From: an uncultured virus (IMG/VR IMGVR_UViG_2724679563_000003)
Lineage: Duplodnaviria; Heunggongvirae; Uroviricota; Caudoviricetes
Strand: one strand, 5' to 3'
IMG/VR virus record: IMGVR_UViG_2724679563_000003
Location: 124,001 to 159,222 of that record
Length of the DNA: 35,222 bases
In this document: positions 17,497-26,400 of the stretch, piece after piece
Numbering within the stretch: the stretch's first letter is position 1
How the letters are laid out: every line of letters begins with the position of its first letter
The notes under the pieces: generated by a model
Database searches by the model: none
What the model saw: only the letters and a program-made list of their open reading frames with translations
What the model was told of the DNA's origin: nothing
Made by a program: the position numbers and the translations under genes

Positions 17497-19122
17497 TTAT
17501 TGCAACATTAATATTTGATTAGGTTTATATATGTAATAATCTGTATTTCTCATAGTCTTTTTATAACTTTCTTTCCCCTCAAACTCATCAATCACTTGTT
17601 TTTCCTTCTCAGACATATCTTCATATTTACATTTACCATAAGAAAAAGGCAACCATCCTTTTTTACAACTCCCGAAAATATTGAATTTTTTTAGTAATTC
17701 CTCATTCAAAAATGTTAAATGAGTAGTGCCTTTTTTATATGTATTTATTTTAAAATATTTGGTTTCTATATTTTTAGTTTGTCTCTCCTTTTCTGCCTCA
17801 TCTAATATTTCTTTTAAATTTGTATTCTCTGTTTTTCCTCCATCTAAGTAATCAAAAACATGCTCTATATCTTTTAATTTCTCATAAAATTTATATCCAT
17901 AATCCAATCTATCACCTAGTATCCCATAAGCAGACAAAGGAACTATTATGCGTTTATTAATTTTAAATGCAGAATTACTACTCCAACCATTGTAATAATG
18001 AATATTTTTACTACATTCCTTATACCAACTATATTGACTAGAAAACTCTTCGAATAAGCTTAAAATTGTGTCCTCTACCCCTTTGACTACATTTTGATTC
18101 ATCTGCTTTTGTAATTCTTTTATATTATATAAACTAAAATCGTAATCTTGTAATTCAGTTAATTTTTGTCTAAATTCATTTAATAAGTTTGATGTTAATA
18201 ATTTTGTGAATTTTTCATTACTAAATAAAGCTTCCCAGTATTTATATCTAACCTTTTTTACATAAGCATTTGTCAAAGTATCATCTTGTATGGTATTATC
18301 ATATTTTTCTCCATTAATTGATAAATGCAAAATAGAATCATTAAAACAACTATCTTTTTTAAAACTCTTTAATACCAAAGGTCGTAAATTATAATATTCA
18401 TTTATTAATTTTATTCCTGCCTTTATTTCAAAGTTGTATTGTTGAACTATCCCTGTTAAGAAATCTCCATCAATTAACGCATTATTATTTTGTTGGTTTT
18501 GTTTATTAATCATTTCTTCTTGTTTTAGTTTTTCTAATATAACGCTATCTTTGTTTTTATTTTTTATCTTTACTTTTATTAATGCGACTTCTACATTAGT
18601 CTTTCTTTCTGCATTGATAAATTCTTCTTGTAAATACTCTATATTTGCATTATATTTGTTTAATCTTTTTAATAATACTTTTCTCAAATTACTATATGGA
18701 TTTTTTATAGTTTCTGCATTAATTAAACAAATAAGCCTACCACCATTTTCTATCAATTCTAATGCTTTAGCTAGATGATTATCTCCTTGAGAAAACGGAA
18801 AATTAGCTACAATTAAATCATATTTCTTAAATCCATTATAAGTTAAAAAATCATTATGAATAACTCTGAACCCTTTTCCTTTTAATATCATTTGTAAATT
18901 TTCATCAATTTCAATACAATCTATGTCATATTTAATGTCTTTGCTACTAAAAAAATCATTTCTTCTTTGTACCTTTTTCTTTTCTTTTATTATTTCAACT
19001 ATATCGCCTTTCCCCGCAGATGGCTCTAATATTGTTTTTACTTCTCTAAAATCTATATCTTCTAACATTTTATTTATTAATTTTTTAGGTGTTGGATAAA
19101 AATCCTTATTATTTTTAAACAT
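17497..19122 (-). CDS. DUF4942-type class I SAM-dependent (amino) DNA methyltransferase
   Basis: DFYPTP, motif I ILEPSAGKG, CIEID, DFL, motif IV variant ANFPF; C-terminal YFKINTYKKGTTHLTF....LKKFN typical of DUF4942. Confidence 0.8.
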   Translation of the reverse strand: MFKNNKDFYPTPKKLINKMLEDIDFREVKTILEPSAGKGDIVEIIKEKKKVQRRNDFFSSKDIKYDIDCIEIDENLQMILKGKGFRVIHNDFLTYNGFKKYDLIVANFPFSQGDNHLAKALELIENGGRLICLINAETIKNPYSNLRKVLLKRLNKYNANIEYLQEEFINAERKTNVEVALIKVKIKNKNKDSVILEKLKQEEMINKQNQQNNNALIDGDFLTGIVQQYNFEIKAGIKLINEYYNLRPLVLKSFKKDSCFNDSILHLSINGEKYDNTIQDDTLTNAYVKKVRYKYWEALFSNEKFTKLLTSNLLNEFRQKLTELQDYDFSLYNIKELQKQMNQNVVKGVEDTILSLFEEFSSQYSWYKECSKNIHYYNGWSSNSAFKINKRIIVPLSAYGILGDRLDYGYKFYEKLKDIEHVFDYLDGGKTENTNLKEILDEAEKERQTKNIETKYFKINTYKKGTTHLTFLNEELLKKFNIFGSCKKGWLPFSYGKCKYEDMSEKEKQVIDEFEGKESYKKTMRNTDYYIYKPNQILMLQ

Positions 19123-19195
19123 TGATTTTGCCCCTTTGTAAAATTATTTTAAATTAATCAGTAATAAAATTTTATCTTTTGTTTGTTGTGTTTAT

Positions 19196-20110
19196 TTATC
19201 CAATTTCTATTTCATTCGCATATTTTTTCATGTCTTCATCAAGAATATGGGTATACACTTGTGTTGTTGTTATTCTTTTATGCCCTAAAGCTTTTTGTAC
19301 ATATCTTATATTCTTACTTTCTTTTGCTGAAATAGTCGCAAAACTATGTCTTAATTTATGTGCGGTTATATTTTTATCTATATTAGCTATTTTACAACAC
19401 TTCTTAATTACATTATTAGCTTGTGTATCGCTAATATTAAATAACTTACCATTTATTACACCTTCATAATCAATATATCCTCTTATGGCTTCTCTAGTAA
19501 GATTATTTACATACAAAAATCTTTCTTCGTTTCCCTTACCTGATTCTATTCTTATTTGATCTTCGGATATATCTTTCATTTTCAAATCTAGTATTTCACT
19601 TATTCTAAGACCACAATTCAACAATATAGCTATCATACAATAATTTCTTTTTTCTTTTAGACTTCCGTCTTTTGTTGCATTAAGCAATCTTTTACACTCC
19701 TCTACTGTTAAAAATATAGGCTGCGTTTGCTTTAGTTTAGGAGATTCTAGTTCTCTTGTTGGATTTTCTTTTATTACTTTCACTTTTGTTTCTAAATAAT
19801 TAAAGAATGATTTTAATGTAGCTATTTTTCTAGCTCTTGATTTTTCACTGTTCTTTCTTTCATTCTGTAGGTAATAAACAAAATTATATAAATCTTGTAA
19901 TGTTATAGATTGTATTTGATTATCTATTATATCTGATATATCAATGTTTTGAAATTTAATATCTTCTGATACTAAATCTTTATCTAATTTATACCATCTA
20001 AAAAACATTCTTAAATCTACTTCATATCCATCTATTGTATTTTGGCTTTTATTTTTTATACCTTTTAAATATTTGAAAAAATCTTTAACTCTTTCAGGTA
20101 ATTCATTCAT
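19196..20110 (-). CDS. XerC/XerD-like tyrosine recombinase, catalytically intact
   Basis: N-terminal SAM-like domain (SQNTIDGY..DL, SRARKIATLKSFF); GLRISE (R), SGKG (K), AHKLRHSF (HxxR), LGH, TTQVY (Y). Confidence 0.92.
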   Translation of the reverse strand: MNELPERVKDFFKYLKGIKNKSQNTIDGYEVDLRMFFRWYKLDKDLVSEDIKFQNIDISDIIDNQIQSITLQDLYNFVYYLQNERKNSEKSRARKIATLKSFFNYLETKVKVIKENPTRELESPKLKQTQPIFLTVEECKRLLNATKDGSLKEKRNYCMIAILLNCGLRISEILDLKMKDISEDQIRIESGKGNEERFLYVNNLTREAIRGYIDYEGVINGKLFNISDTQANNVIKKCCKIANIDKNITAHKLRHSFATISAKESKNIRYVQKALGHKRITTTQVYTHILDEDMKKYANEIEIG

Positions 20111-20121
20111 TTAAGAACAAC

Positions 20122-20215
20122 TCCTTGTAATTTTTATTTGTTAAATTATTTTATATTAATATAGTAACATGTATTAGAAAAAATTACAAGGATTATTTGA
20201 AAATTTCCTTGTAAT
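20122..20215 (-). promoter_or_regulatory. Recombinase promoter/leader with triple TCCTTGTAAT repeat, plus terminator of the upstream gene
   Basis: TTGTAA (20184-89), 17 bp, TG-n-TACTAT (20161-66); repeats at 20122-35, 20179-92 (inverted) and 20206-15; the last two form a hairpin followed by a U-run on the mRNA. Confidence 0.6.
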
Positions 20216-20236
20216 AATATGGATAAAAGTAACTTT

Positions 20237-21298
20237 TTATATTAAATCTGCTTTTTTCAATGCATTCTCCCATGAGTCAAATCTATTAATTATAGAATAA
20301 TATTGTTTTACATCTTTAGCTTTAGGTATTTTCCCTAATTGAAGATATTTTGTATTTATTATATTTAATAAATCCTCATCACTATACTTTTTATTACGAT
20401 TAAGTATATCTTCTTTATTAAACCCTGCTTCTACTAATGCATTTTCCCAAGTACCAAAATTCTTAACAAATATATGTTTATGTGAAAAATCTGACATACT
20501 AGGTATTTTCCCTAATTCTTGAGTTTTCTCTTTTATCATATTTAACAAATCTTTTTTTGTATATGTTTTTTTGTATTTTTTTAATTCTTTATTATCAAAC
20601 CCTGCCTTTTTTAAAGCATTATCCCAACCATTAAACCTTCTAATTATAATTGTATAATTTTCAACTTGATAGGACTTTGGTATTTCTCCTAACTCATTAT
20701 ATTTATTTTTAATTTTTTGTAATAAGTCTTCATCACTATATTTTTTCTTTTTTTCATTACTTTTTATTTTCTTTTTCTCTGATTTTATTTCAATTCCTGC
20801 TAATTTCAAAGCATCATTCCATGAATCAAAATTTTTATATACTTCATATTGTAATTCAAATTCTGCCCTTTTGGGTATTCGACCTAATTCATTACATTTA
20901 CATCTTATTAATTCTAAAAGTTCTTCTCGCGTAAATTCTTTATTCTTTTTTAATATTTGGATATCTTTATAACCTGCTAAAATTAATGCATTATTCCATG
21001 AGCCGAACCTTTTAGATATTATCCTACATTGTTTTATTTCTTTTAAATAAGGTATCCTTCCTAATTCTTTAGTTTTACTTCGTATTATGTTTAATAACTC
21101 ATCATCGGTATACTGATCTCTAGATTTATAAATTTCTTCTTTCGTATAACCTGCTTGTTTCAATGCGTTATCCCAAGTCCCGAATTCTTTAACAATTGTT
21201 ATATAAGATTTTACCTCAGCAGTTTTTGGAATCCGACCTAACTCTTTTGTTTTAATCCTTATTTTTTCTAATAGTTCTTCGCTTGAATATTTTCTCAA
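20237..21298 (-). CDS. Protein of six tandem homing-endonuclease-associated (HNH_repeat-like) HTH repeats, no nuclease domain
   Basis: Six ~60 aa units Y(S/T)xE(E/D)LL..I..K..ELGxIP.......I...FGxWxNAL..AG; TTG start behind GAGGTG. Confidence 0.8.
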   Translation of the reverse strand: MRKYSSEELLEKIRIKTKELGRIPKTAEVKSYITIVKEFGTWDNALKQAGYTKEEIYKSRDQYTDDELLNIIRSKTKELGRIPYLKEIKQCRIISKRFGSWNNALILAGYKDIQILKKNKEFTREELLELIRCKCNELGRIPKRAEFELQYEVYKNFDSWNDALKLAGIEIKSEKKKIKSNEKKKKYSDEDLLQKIKNKYNELGEIPKSYQVENYTIIIRRFNGWDNALKKAGFDNKELKKYKKTYTKKDLLNMIKEKTQELGKIPSMSDFSHKHIFVKNFGTWENALVEAGFNKEDILNRNKKYSDEDLLNIINTKYLQLGKIPKAKDVKQYYSIINRFDSWENALKKADLI

Positions 21299-21371
21299 TT
21301 AAATCACCTCGATAAAATATTATCATTAATAATATATTCACCAAGGTTTTGTGTTCTTATACTTAATATAA

Positions 21372-21662
21372 TTAATTTTCAGTCTTCTTAATTGTTAATT
21401 CTAACCCTAAAGCAGAAACATATCTTAAAAACACATCTAATGTCGGAGAATTATCTATCTTCTCTAAACGTGAAACCATCTGTTGAGTTAATCCGCTTCT
21501 TTCTGCAACTTCTCTCTGAGTTATTTTAGCAGACTTTCTAAATTCGACTAATGATTTAATTAACTGATATTGAGCATTAGCCTGTTTCATATAAATTTCT
21601 AATTCAGGATTATTCTGAATAGCTTTTTCAATTTCTTCCTCAGGATTTATTTTGTGAAACAT
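21372..21662 (-). CDS. XRE-family HTH protein, HigA-like antitoxin architecture
   Basis: RKSAKITQREVAERSGLTQQMVSRLEK....PTLD...RYVSALG preceded by an N-terminal helical extension. Confidence 0.8.
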   Translation of the reverse strand: MFHKINPEEEIEKAIQNNPELEIYMKQANAQYQLIKSLVEFRKSAKITQREVAERSGLTQQMVSRLEKIDNSPTLDVFLRYVSALGLELTIKKTEN

Positions 21663-21675
21663 ATTTTACACCTTC

Positions 21676-21736
21676 TTTGATGTTATTTATACTTAATATA
21701 ACATCAAATCAAATTTTTGTCAACAATTCTATTGTT
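21676..21736 (-). promoter_or_regulatory. Sigma-A promoter with overlapping inverted-repeat operators
   Basis: TTGACA (21718-23), 17 bp, TATATT (21695-700); IR tttgatgttat (21676-86)/ataacatcaaa (21698-708); IR aacaat-tct-attgtt (21722-36). Confidence 0.7.
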
Positions 21737-21820
21737 TTTTCTTTATTTATGATTTCTATTTCATCTAATTCATAATCGTCAGGATGGATAATAGAAGTCA
21801 TTTTTTAATTAAATAAATTT

Positions 21821-22192
21821 TTAATTATTATTTATTTTAGATTTTATAATAACTATGGCAGTTAATGAAATATTTATTATTATAGAAATTATATTTATTA
21901 TTGGTATAAAAGATATTATAAATATAATTATATAAAACAATATGAAATCACTTAATCCCAAGAAAGAAAACCTAATTCTAAAACCACCTTTTCCTAAGCT
22001 ATCATCATCTTTTTCAGTTTCTATAATTATAAAATGTTTATGTTTTTTCTTCATTAATTTTATATCATCTTCATTATAGTTTTTATCTTTTAAAAGATAT
22101 TTTTTAGAAATTATTATACTTATTAAATTAACTAAAAAATAAAAGATTCCATTTATTAATAAATATTGATTCATTATCATCTTCCTTTGCAA
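21821..22192 (-). CDS. Hypothetical membrane protein
   Basis: N- and C-terminal hydrophobic segments. Confidence 0.65.
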   Translation of the reverse strand: MQRKMIMNQYLLINGIFYFLVNLISIIISKKYLLKDKNYNEDDIKLMKKKHKHFIIIETEKDDDSLGKGGFRIRFSFLGLSDFILFYIIIFIISFIPIINIISIIINISLTAIVIIKSKINNN

Positions 22193-22334
22193 TCAAAAAT
22201 ATTAATATACTTTTTAACTCTTATTTGAACTTTTATAATATTATCTACTATTTTATTTTTAATATACTTTATCATTTCTTCTTAAACCATGATATAAAAT
22301 CAATGATTTATAAAAACTATTATTAAGGAATTGT

Positions 22335-22562
22335 TTAATCTTCAATTCCTTTAATTTCACTTATCCTACCAATCATTTCATATAATTTTGTTTGAGCTGA
22401 TTGTAATTCTCTTAATTGAACGTTGTATTGATTCATTTTATCTAATGATGATATATCTTCATTTTTCATTATTTTTTTTATTTTATTACATATTTTCTCT
22501 TTTTTTATTTCAAGGTTTTCTGCTTCTGTTCTTAACCATTTATCTATATTAACTTTATTCAT
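22335..22562 (-). CDS. Hypothetical coiled-coil protein
   Basis: 75 aa, GGAGG upstream. Confidence 0.7.
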   Translation of the reverse strand: MNKVNIDKWLRTEAENLEIKKEKICNKIKKIMKNEDISSLDKMNQYNVQLRELQSAQTKLYEMIGRISEIKGIED

Positions 22563-22606
22563 ATTAATCCTTAATCCTCCTTGTTTTACTCTATTTTAAA
22601 TTAATT

Positions 22607-23362
22607 TCATAAAATTTGCTCTACATCAAAAACATCTTCTGGAAAGACTAATATTTCTTTTTCATTTCTATCCTCAATATAATCTAATATATCTTCTTGC
22701 CTTATATATCCTTTATAAACCTTTCCATTATAAACCTTTCCATTATCATTAAATCGCTCTGCAAACCATTTAGCGACATCTATATCAATAGTCCATGAAT
22801 ATGCTTCATCATAAGGTGTAGACATATCTCCTTCCCCTCTATAAATAGTAATAATATCTTTATCAAACCAATTTTTATTTACTTCATTATATTCAAAAAT
22901 TTCTTCTAAAAATTCTCTTGATAAGTTATTAAAGCCGTATTCACTAGAAGTGTAAATATTTTTAAACACCTTATATTTTTGTTCATCTGGAATATCATTA
23001 AATAATTCCTCATAAAATAAAAGTCTATATGGCTTATCTATAAGACAAAATAACCTTATATATTCTTTATTTTCAATACATTTTTTATGAATTTCTTCTC
23101 TTTGCTTCATCTGTTCTTCAACTTTAAAGTTAATAAAATAATCTTCACTTATATCATATATCTCTACCAATACAGTATCTTTCAAATAACAATATTTATA
23201 TAGCTTTCCTTCAACTTTATAAAAATCATTTACATCTAAATCAAGTTTATTAATAGTCTTAATAAATTCATTAATCTCATCATCATTTTTATATACTGTT
23301 ATTGGTATTAAACTTAATACATTTGAATGTTCTATCTGAAAAATATTACTTGTAAAATTCAT
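22607..23362 (-). CDS. Putative R-S-E ADP-ribosyltransferase-fold protein
   Basis: C-terminal ITIYRGE...YSWT.D.DVAKWFA...RNEKEILV. Confidence 0.55.
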   Translation of the reverse strand: MNFTSNIFQIEHSNVLSLIPITVYKNDDEINEFIKTINKLDLDVNDFYKVEGKLYKYCYLKDTVLVEIYDISEDYFINFKVEEQMKQREEIHKKCIENKEYIRLFCLIDKPYRLLFYEELFNDIPDEQKYKVFKNIYTSSEYGFNNLSREFLEEIFEYNEVNKNWFDKDIITIYRGEGDMSTPYDEAYSWTIDIDVAKWFAERFNDNGKVYNGKVYKGYIRQEDILDYIEDRNEKEILVFPEDVFDVEQIL

Positions 23363-23391
23363 TATTACTCCTTAAAATTTTAATTGCAACT

Positions 23392-23919
23392 TTAGTCTTC
23401 TTTTTCTAATAATTTCTTAACTCTGTCAATTTCTTCTTGACTATGAACCGTTCCACCTGTATTAAAATCTAAGTACCATTGCAACACTTCTTTTCTTGTT
23501 TGAAGATTATTTATATTAAAACGTAATTGACCAATAGTTCTTAACATAATATCTTTATCCTCAAAATCATTTAAATATGAACCAAACACCTTTAATTCGT
23601 TATTTAGAAATTTTCTTAATGCAGTTAATCTTTGTAATCCGTCTACACAAACCATAGGACTATCATTATCCTTTACAATTCTACAAAAAGAAGGATAATT
23701 AAAATATATAACTCTTGCCGTTTTTCCACCTCTTAAAAAGAATTCGACATATGCAATTTGTTGCTCTTCTGTCCAAACAGCTCCTCTTTGAAAATCAGGA
23801 TTTAATTCTAATCCGTAATCTTCTTCATAATCTTTTAATGTACTTTCTAAATGCTTTAGTCCTATATTTACTTCATAATCTCCATTTTCAGTAAATGGTT
23901 TTATATCACTAAACTTCAT
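23392..23919 (-). CDS. Stand-alone DUF262 (ParB/Srx-like) protein
   Basis: LNPDFQRGAVWT, VDGLQRLTAL, FNTGG motifs; no HNH domain. Confidence 0.85.
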   Translation of the reverse strand: MKFSDIKPFTENGDYEVNIGLKHLESTLKDYEEDYGLELNPDFQRGAVWTEEQQIAYVEFFLRGGKTARVIYFNYPSFCRIVKDNDSPMVCVDGLQRLTALRKFLNNELKVFGSYLNDFEDKDIMLRTIGQLRFNINNLQTRKEVLQWYLDFNTGGTVHSQEEIDRVKKLLEKED

Positions 23920-23992
23920 TTTAATTCCTCCCTTCTTTTAAATCATATTTGTTTTATATTACGTTATAAAATCGTGAATTTATATTAACATA

Positions 23993-24847
23993 TTACTTAT
24001 TTATCTTCATATATTTTTCAATTATACTTTTTGTATTTGGATTACTTTCAAAATACTTTTTTCTTGAAATATGTTTGTCATTTATTCTTAATAAATTTAT
24101 ACAGTTACATTTACTGCATTTTGTTAATAGTAATCCTTTTATCTTATCTATATTTTCATTGTAGTACGGTTTAATTTCTTTTAAAACTTCATTGCAACCT
24201 TCGTTTTTACAATAATCACATTTATTTTTATTATATTCATATGATTGTATTAATCTCTCTAGTAATTGTTTTCTTTTTTGTTCTTCATCAACAATGCTTT
24301 CTTTAACGGTTAATATATTAGAAATACCTATATTTTTACAAATAGAAATTAAATCTAATACATCATAGTATGCCCTATGCTCCTTTGAAGATGGGACATC
24401 TAAAAATTTTTTAACTTTTTGCAAAGATGATAGATCTTCTAAATTATTTATTACTTGATAAGATTTTTGTGCATTAATGTGAACTATATTCTTTAAAAAA
24501 TCATAATTACATTTTTTCACTATACAATTCTGCTTAATTATTTTCATATCATCAGAACCCCATGTAATAATATAAAAATTATCTCCACACAGCTCTTTGA
24601 ATCTATTCATACAAATATTGAAATCAATTCCTTTTTTTAAATCTTTGTCTTCAATTCCTGTTATTCTTTTGACTCTATCATCTACTTTGGTTTGATATCT
24701 GGGTTTAATATAATAGCTCATTTCGCTTTGAGGGTTTAATTGAAAATCTGTTACAATACAAGCAAATTCGATTATTTCAAAAGGCATTATAGCTATTTTA
24801 CTTCCTTTTACTTGGTTATATTCTAAATCTAAAAATACTAAATTCAT
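23993..24847 (-). CDS. DEDDh 3'-5' exonuclease (ERI-1/KapD-like) with C-terminal zinc finger
   Basis: VFLDLEYN, EIIEF, ITGI, TWGSDD, HRAYYD; CDYC...CSKC. Confidence 0.85.
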   Translation of the reverse strand: MNLVFLDLEYNQVKGSKIAIMPFEIIEFACIVTDFQLNPQSEMSYYIKPRYQTKVDDRVKRITGIEDKDLKKGIDFNICMNRFKELCGDNFYIITWGSDDMKIIKQNCIVKKCNYDFLKNIVHINAQKSYQVINNLEDLSSLQKVKKFLDVPSSKEHRAYYDVLDLISICKNIGISNILTVKESIVDEEQKRKQLLERLIQSYEYNKNKCDYCKNEGCNEVLKEIKPYYNENIDKIKGLLLTKCSKCNCINLLRINDKHISRKKYFESNPNTKSIIEKYMKINK

Positions 24848-24907
24848 ATTATATATTCATCCTTTTTAATAATTATATTTTTATCATTAGTATTCCCTAT
24901 TTTATAT

Positions 24908-25180
24908 TTAACTTGTAAATTTGTCAAAATTCTTTAATAAAATTTCTTCTTTTTCTTCTTCTGTATCTATATTTGGATACATTATTGAAAAACTATCTTC
25001 TTCATCTTCTTCATCTTCTGATACATATATTTTTTCAATTATCGCAACTCTTATAATTTCTATATTAGTGTAATAATCTTTATATTCCTCTAACCAATCT
25101 TTAACTTCTTCATCATCTTGTAACCAATCATAGCCATATCCGTCTCCATCAAAATAAGTGGCTAATATTGTTTTATCCAT
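24908..25180 (-). CDS. Acidic hypothetical protein
   Basis: 90 aa, GGAGG SD, D/E-rich. Confidence 0.7.
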   Translation of the reverse strand: MDKTILATYFDGDGYGYDWLQDDEEVKDWLEEYKDYYTNIEIIRVAIIEKIYVSEDEEDEEDSFSIMYPNIDTEEEKEEILLKNFDKFTS

Positions 25181-25222
25181 TTTTTATTCCTCCTTTTTTA
25201 TATAAAATTTTCCTTTTATTGA

Positions 25223-25250
25223 CATTTATAATATCCTCGTATTATGAACT
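25223..25250. repeat. 28-bp dif-like site S5
   Basis: CATTTATAATA-TCCTCG-TATTATGAACT; inner arms ATAATA/TATTAT perfectly inverted; touches stop codon 25250-25252. Confidence 0.55.
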
Positions 25251-25414
25251 TATTTGTCCTTCATTTCTAATTGCTTTTTACATTCAGAACAATGAATTAC
25301 TGCTTTTCCTGTAATTACTCCATTTGTATAAATACAATCTCCCATAAGACTTTCATCTATAGTATCATTGCCTTTAGAACAGCATCCTTTTTCTTTATAA
25401 TATTTACACTTCAT
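25250..25414 (-). CDS. Small Cys-rich protein (54 aa)
   Basis: Not in track; AGGAGTG SD; MKCKYYKEKGCCSKG...DCIY...HCSEC. Confidence 0.65.
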   Translation of the reverse strand: MKCKYYKEKGCCSKGNDTIDESLMGDCIYTNGVITGKAVIHCSECKKQLEMKDK

Positions 25415-25466
25415 ATAATTCACTCCTGCAACTGTTAGTTGTATTGTGTGTTATAAATACTAATTT

Positions 25467-25688
25467 TTATAAACTCACACTATATTCATTTAACATATCT
25501 TCATACATTTTATCATAGTAATCATCTGTACATTTATTACAATTTCCTTTACATTCTGGTCTATTTTCTAAAGCTCCATAACAACAATTATTCATATTAT
25601 TTAATCTTTTTAACGAAACCACTTTTTCTACTAATTCTTCAATATTACTATTTGCTTTATTGATAGTATCTAAAACATGAATGTCCAT
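25467..25688 (-). CDS. Small Cys-rich hypothetical protein
   Basis: 73 aa, GGAGG SD; CC......C...C..C. Confidence 0.7.
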   Translation of the reverse strand: MDIHVLDTINKANSNIEELVEKVVSLKRLNNMNNCCYGALENRPECKGNCNKCTDDYYDKMYEDMLNEYSVSL

Positions 25689-25704
25689 ATTTATATCCTC
25701 CTTT

Positions 25705-25905
25705 TTATTTTAATACATCGTTAATAGTATTATTTAATTCAATTAAGCAATCTTCACATAATCTATGAACAAAATTCCCTATTTGAAGTTTATAAACATA
25801 ATCATAAGGATAGCTTACTTTAACATCATTATTAGTATAATCATACTTTCCTCTATTACAGGTTAAGCAACCACCATCTTTTAAATCCATTTTTTCTATC
25901 TTCAT
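25705..25905 (-). CDS. Small zinc-finger-like hypothetical protein
   Basis: CLTC...LCEDC; GGGAG SD. Confidence 0.7.
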   Translation of the reverse strand: MKIEKMDLKDGGCLTCNRGKYDYTNNDVKVSYPYDYVYKLQIGNFVHRLCEDCLIELNNTINDVLK

Positions 25906-25948
25906 TATATTACACTCCCATTTAAAATAAATTTTTCATCAAAATATT

Positions 25949-26113
25949 TTATTTTACTTTTACATCATTTAGAAAATAATCAGTTATTGGTGTTTGACCT
26001 TTTGTAATTTTTATTCTAATAACTTCTCTTCCTAATTTATCTTTTTCATGTATTTCAACTCTTCCCTCTATTTTATTATTAACTACAACTGTTTTACCTA
26101 TTAATGTATTCAA
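25949..26113 (-). CDS. Small hypothetical protein (54 aa)
   Basis: Not in track; AAGGCGTGA SD, TTG start, MNTLIGKTVVVNNKIEGRV... Confidence 0.55.
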   Translation of the reverse strand: MNTLIGKTVVVNNKIEGRVEIHEKDKLGREVIRIKITKGQTPITDYFLNDVKVK

Positions 26114-26180
26114 TTTTATATCACGCCTTTATTCATATTTTTTATAATATCTCTCTACAAATTAATATAAATTTCTCATT

Positions 26181-26384
26181 TTATCTTACTTTTTTGTTTA
26201 TAGATTCAACATAATTTCTTATCATTTTTTCTGCTGATTTTGAGCCTTTACCAGTTATTTTTTTAGTTGTTTTATTATAAATAGCATCTAAATTTATTTT
26301 ATTGCATATAAAACAAATATCATTTTCCATGCCTATAACATCTATTATTATACCTTCAGATACTTTAATTACATCCTTTTTCAT
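26181..26384 (-). CDS. Hypothetical protein
   Basis: 67 aa, GGAGG SD. Confidence 0.7.
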   Translation of the reverse strand: MKKDVIKVSEGIIIDVIGMENDICFICNKINLDAIYNKTTKKITGKGSKSAEKMIRNYVESINKKVR

Positions 26385-26400
26385 TTATAGTTCCTCCATA

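Noticed and set aside
22713..22742. 15-bp tandem duplication (NGKVY twice)
   Set aside because: In-frame slippage duplication with no evidence of a wider system.
3316..23392. Weaker dif-like candidates at 3316-3343, 12643-12670 and 23365-23392
   Set aside because: Only one arm or the spacer matches; in DNA this AT-rich they cannot be supported without a PWM scan.
23392..23919. GmrSD type IV restriction system
   Set aside because: DUF262 alone; no DUF1524/HNH domain fused or adjacent.
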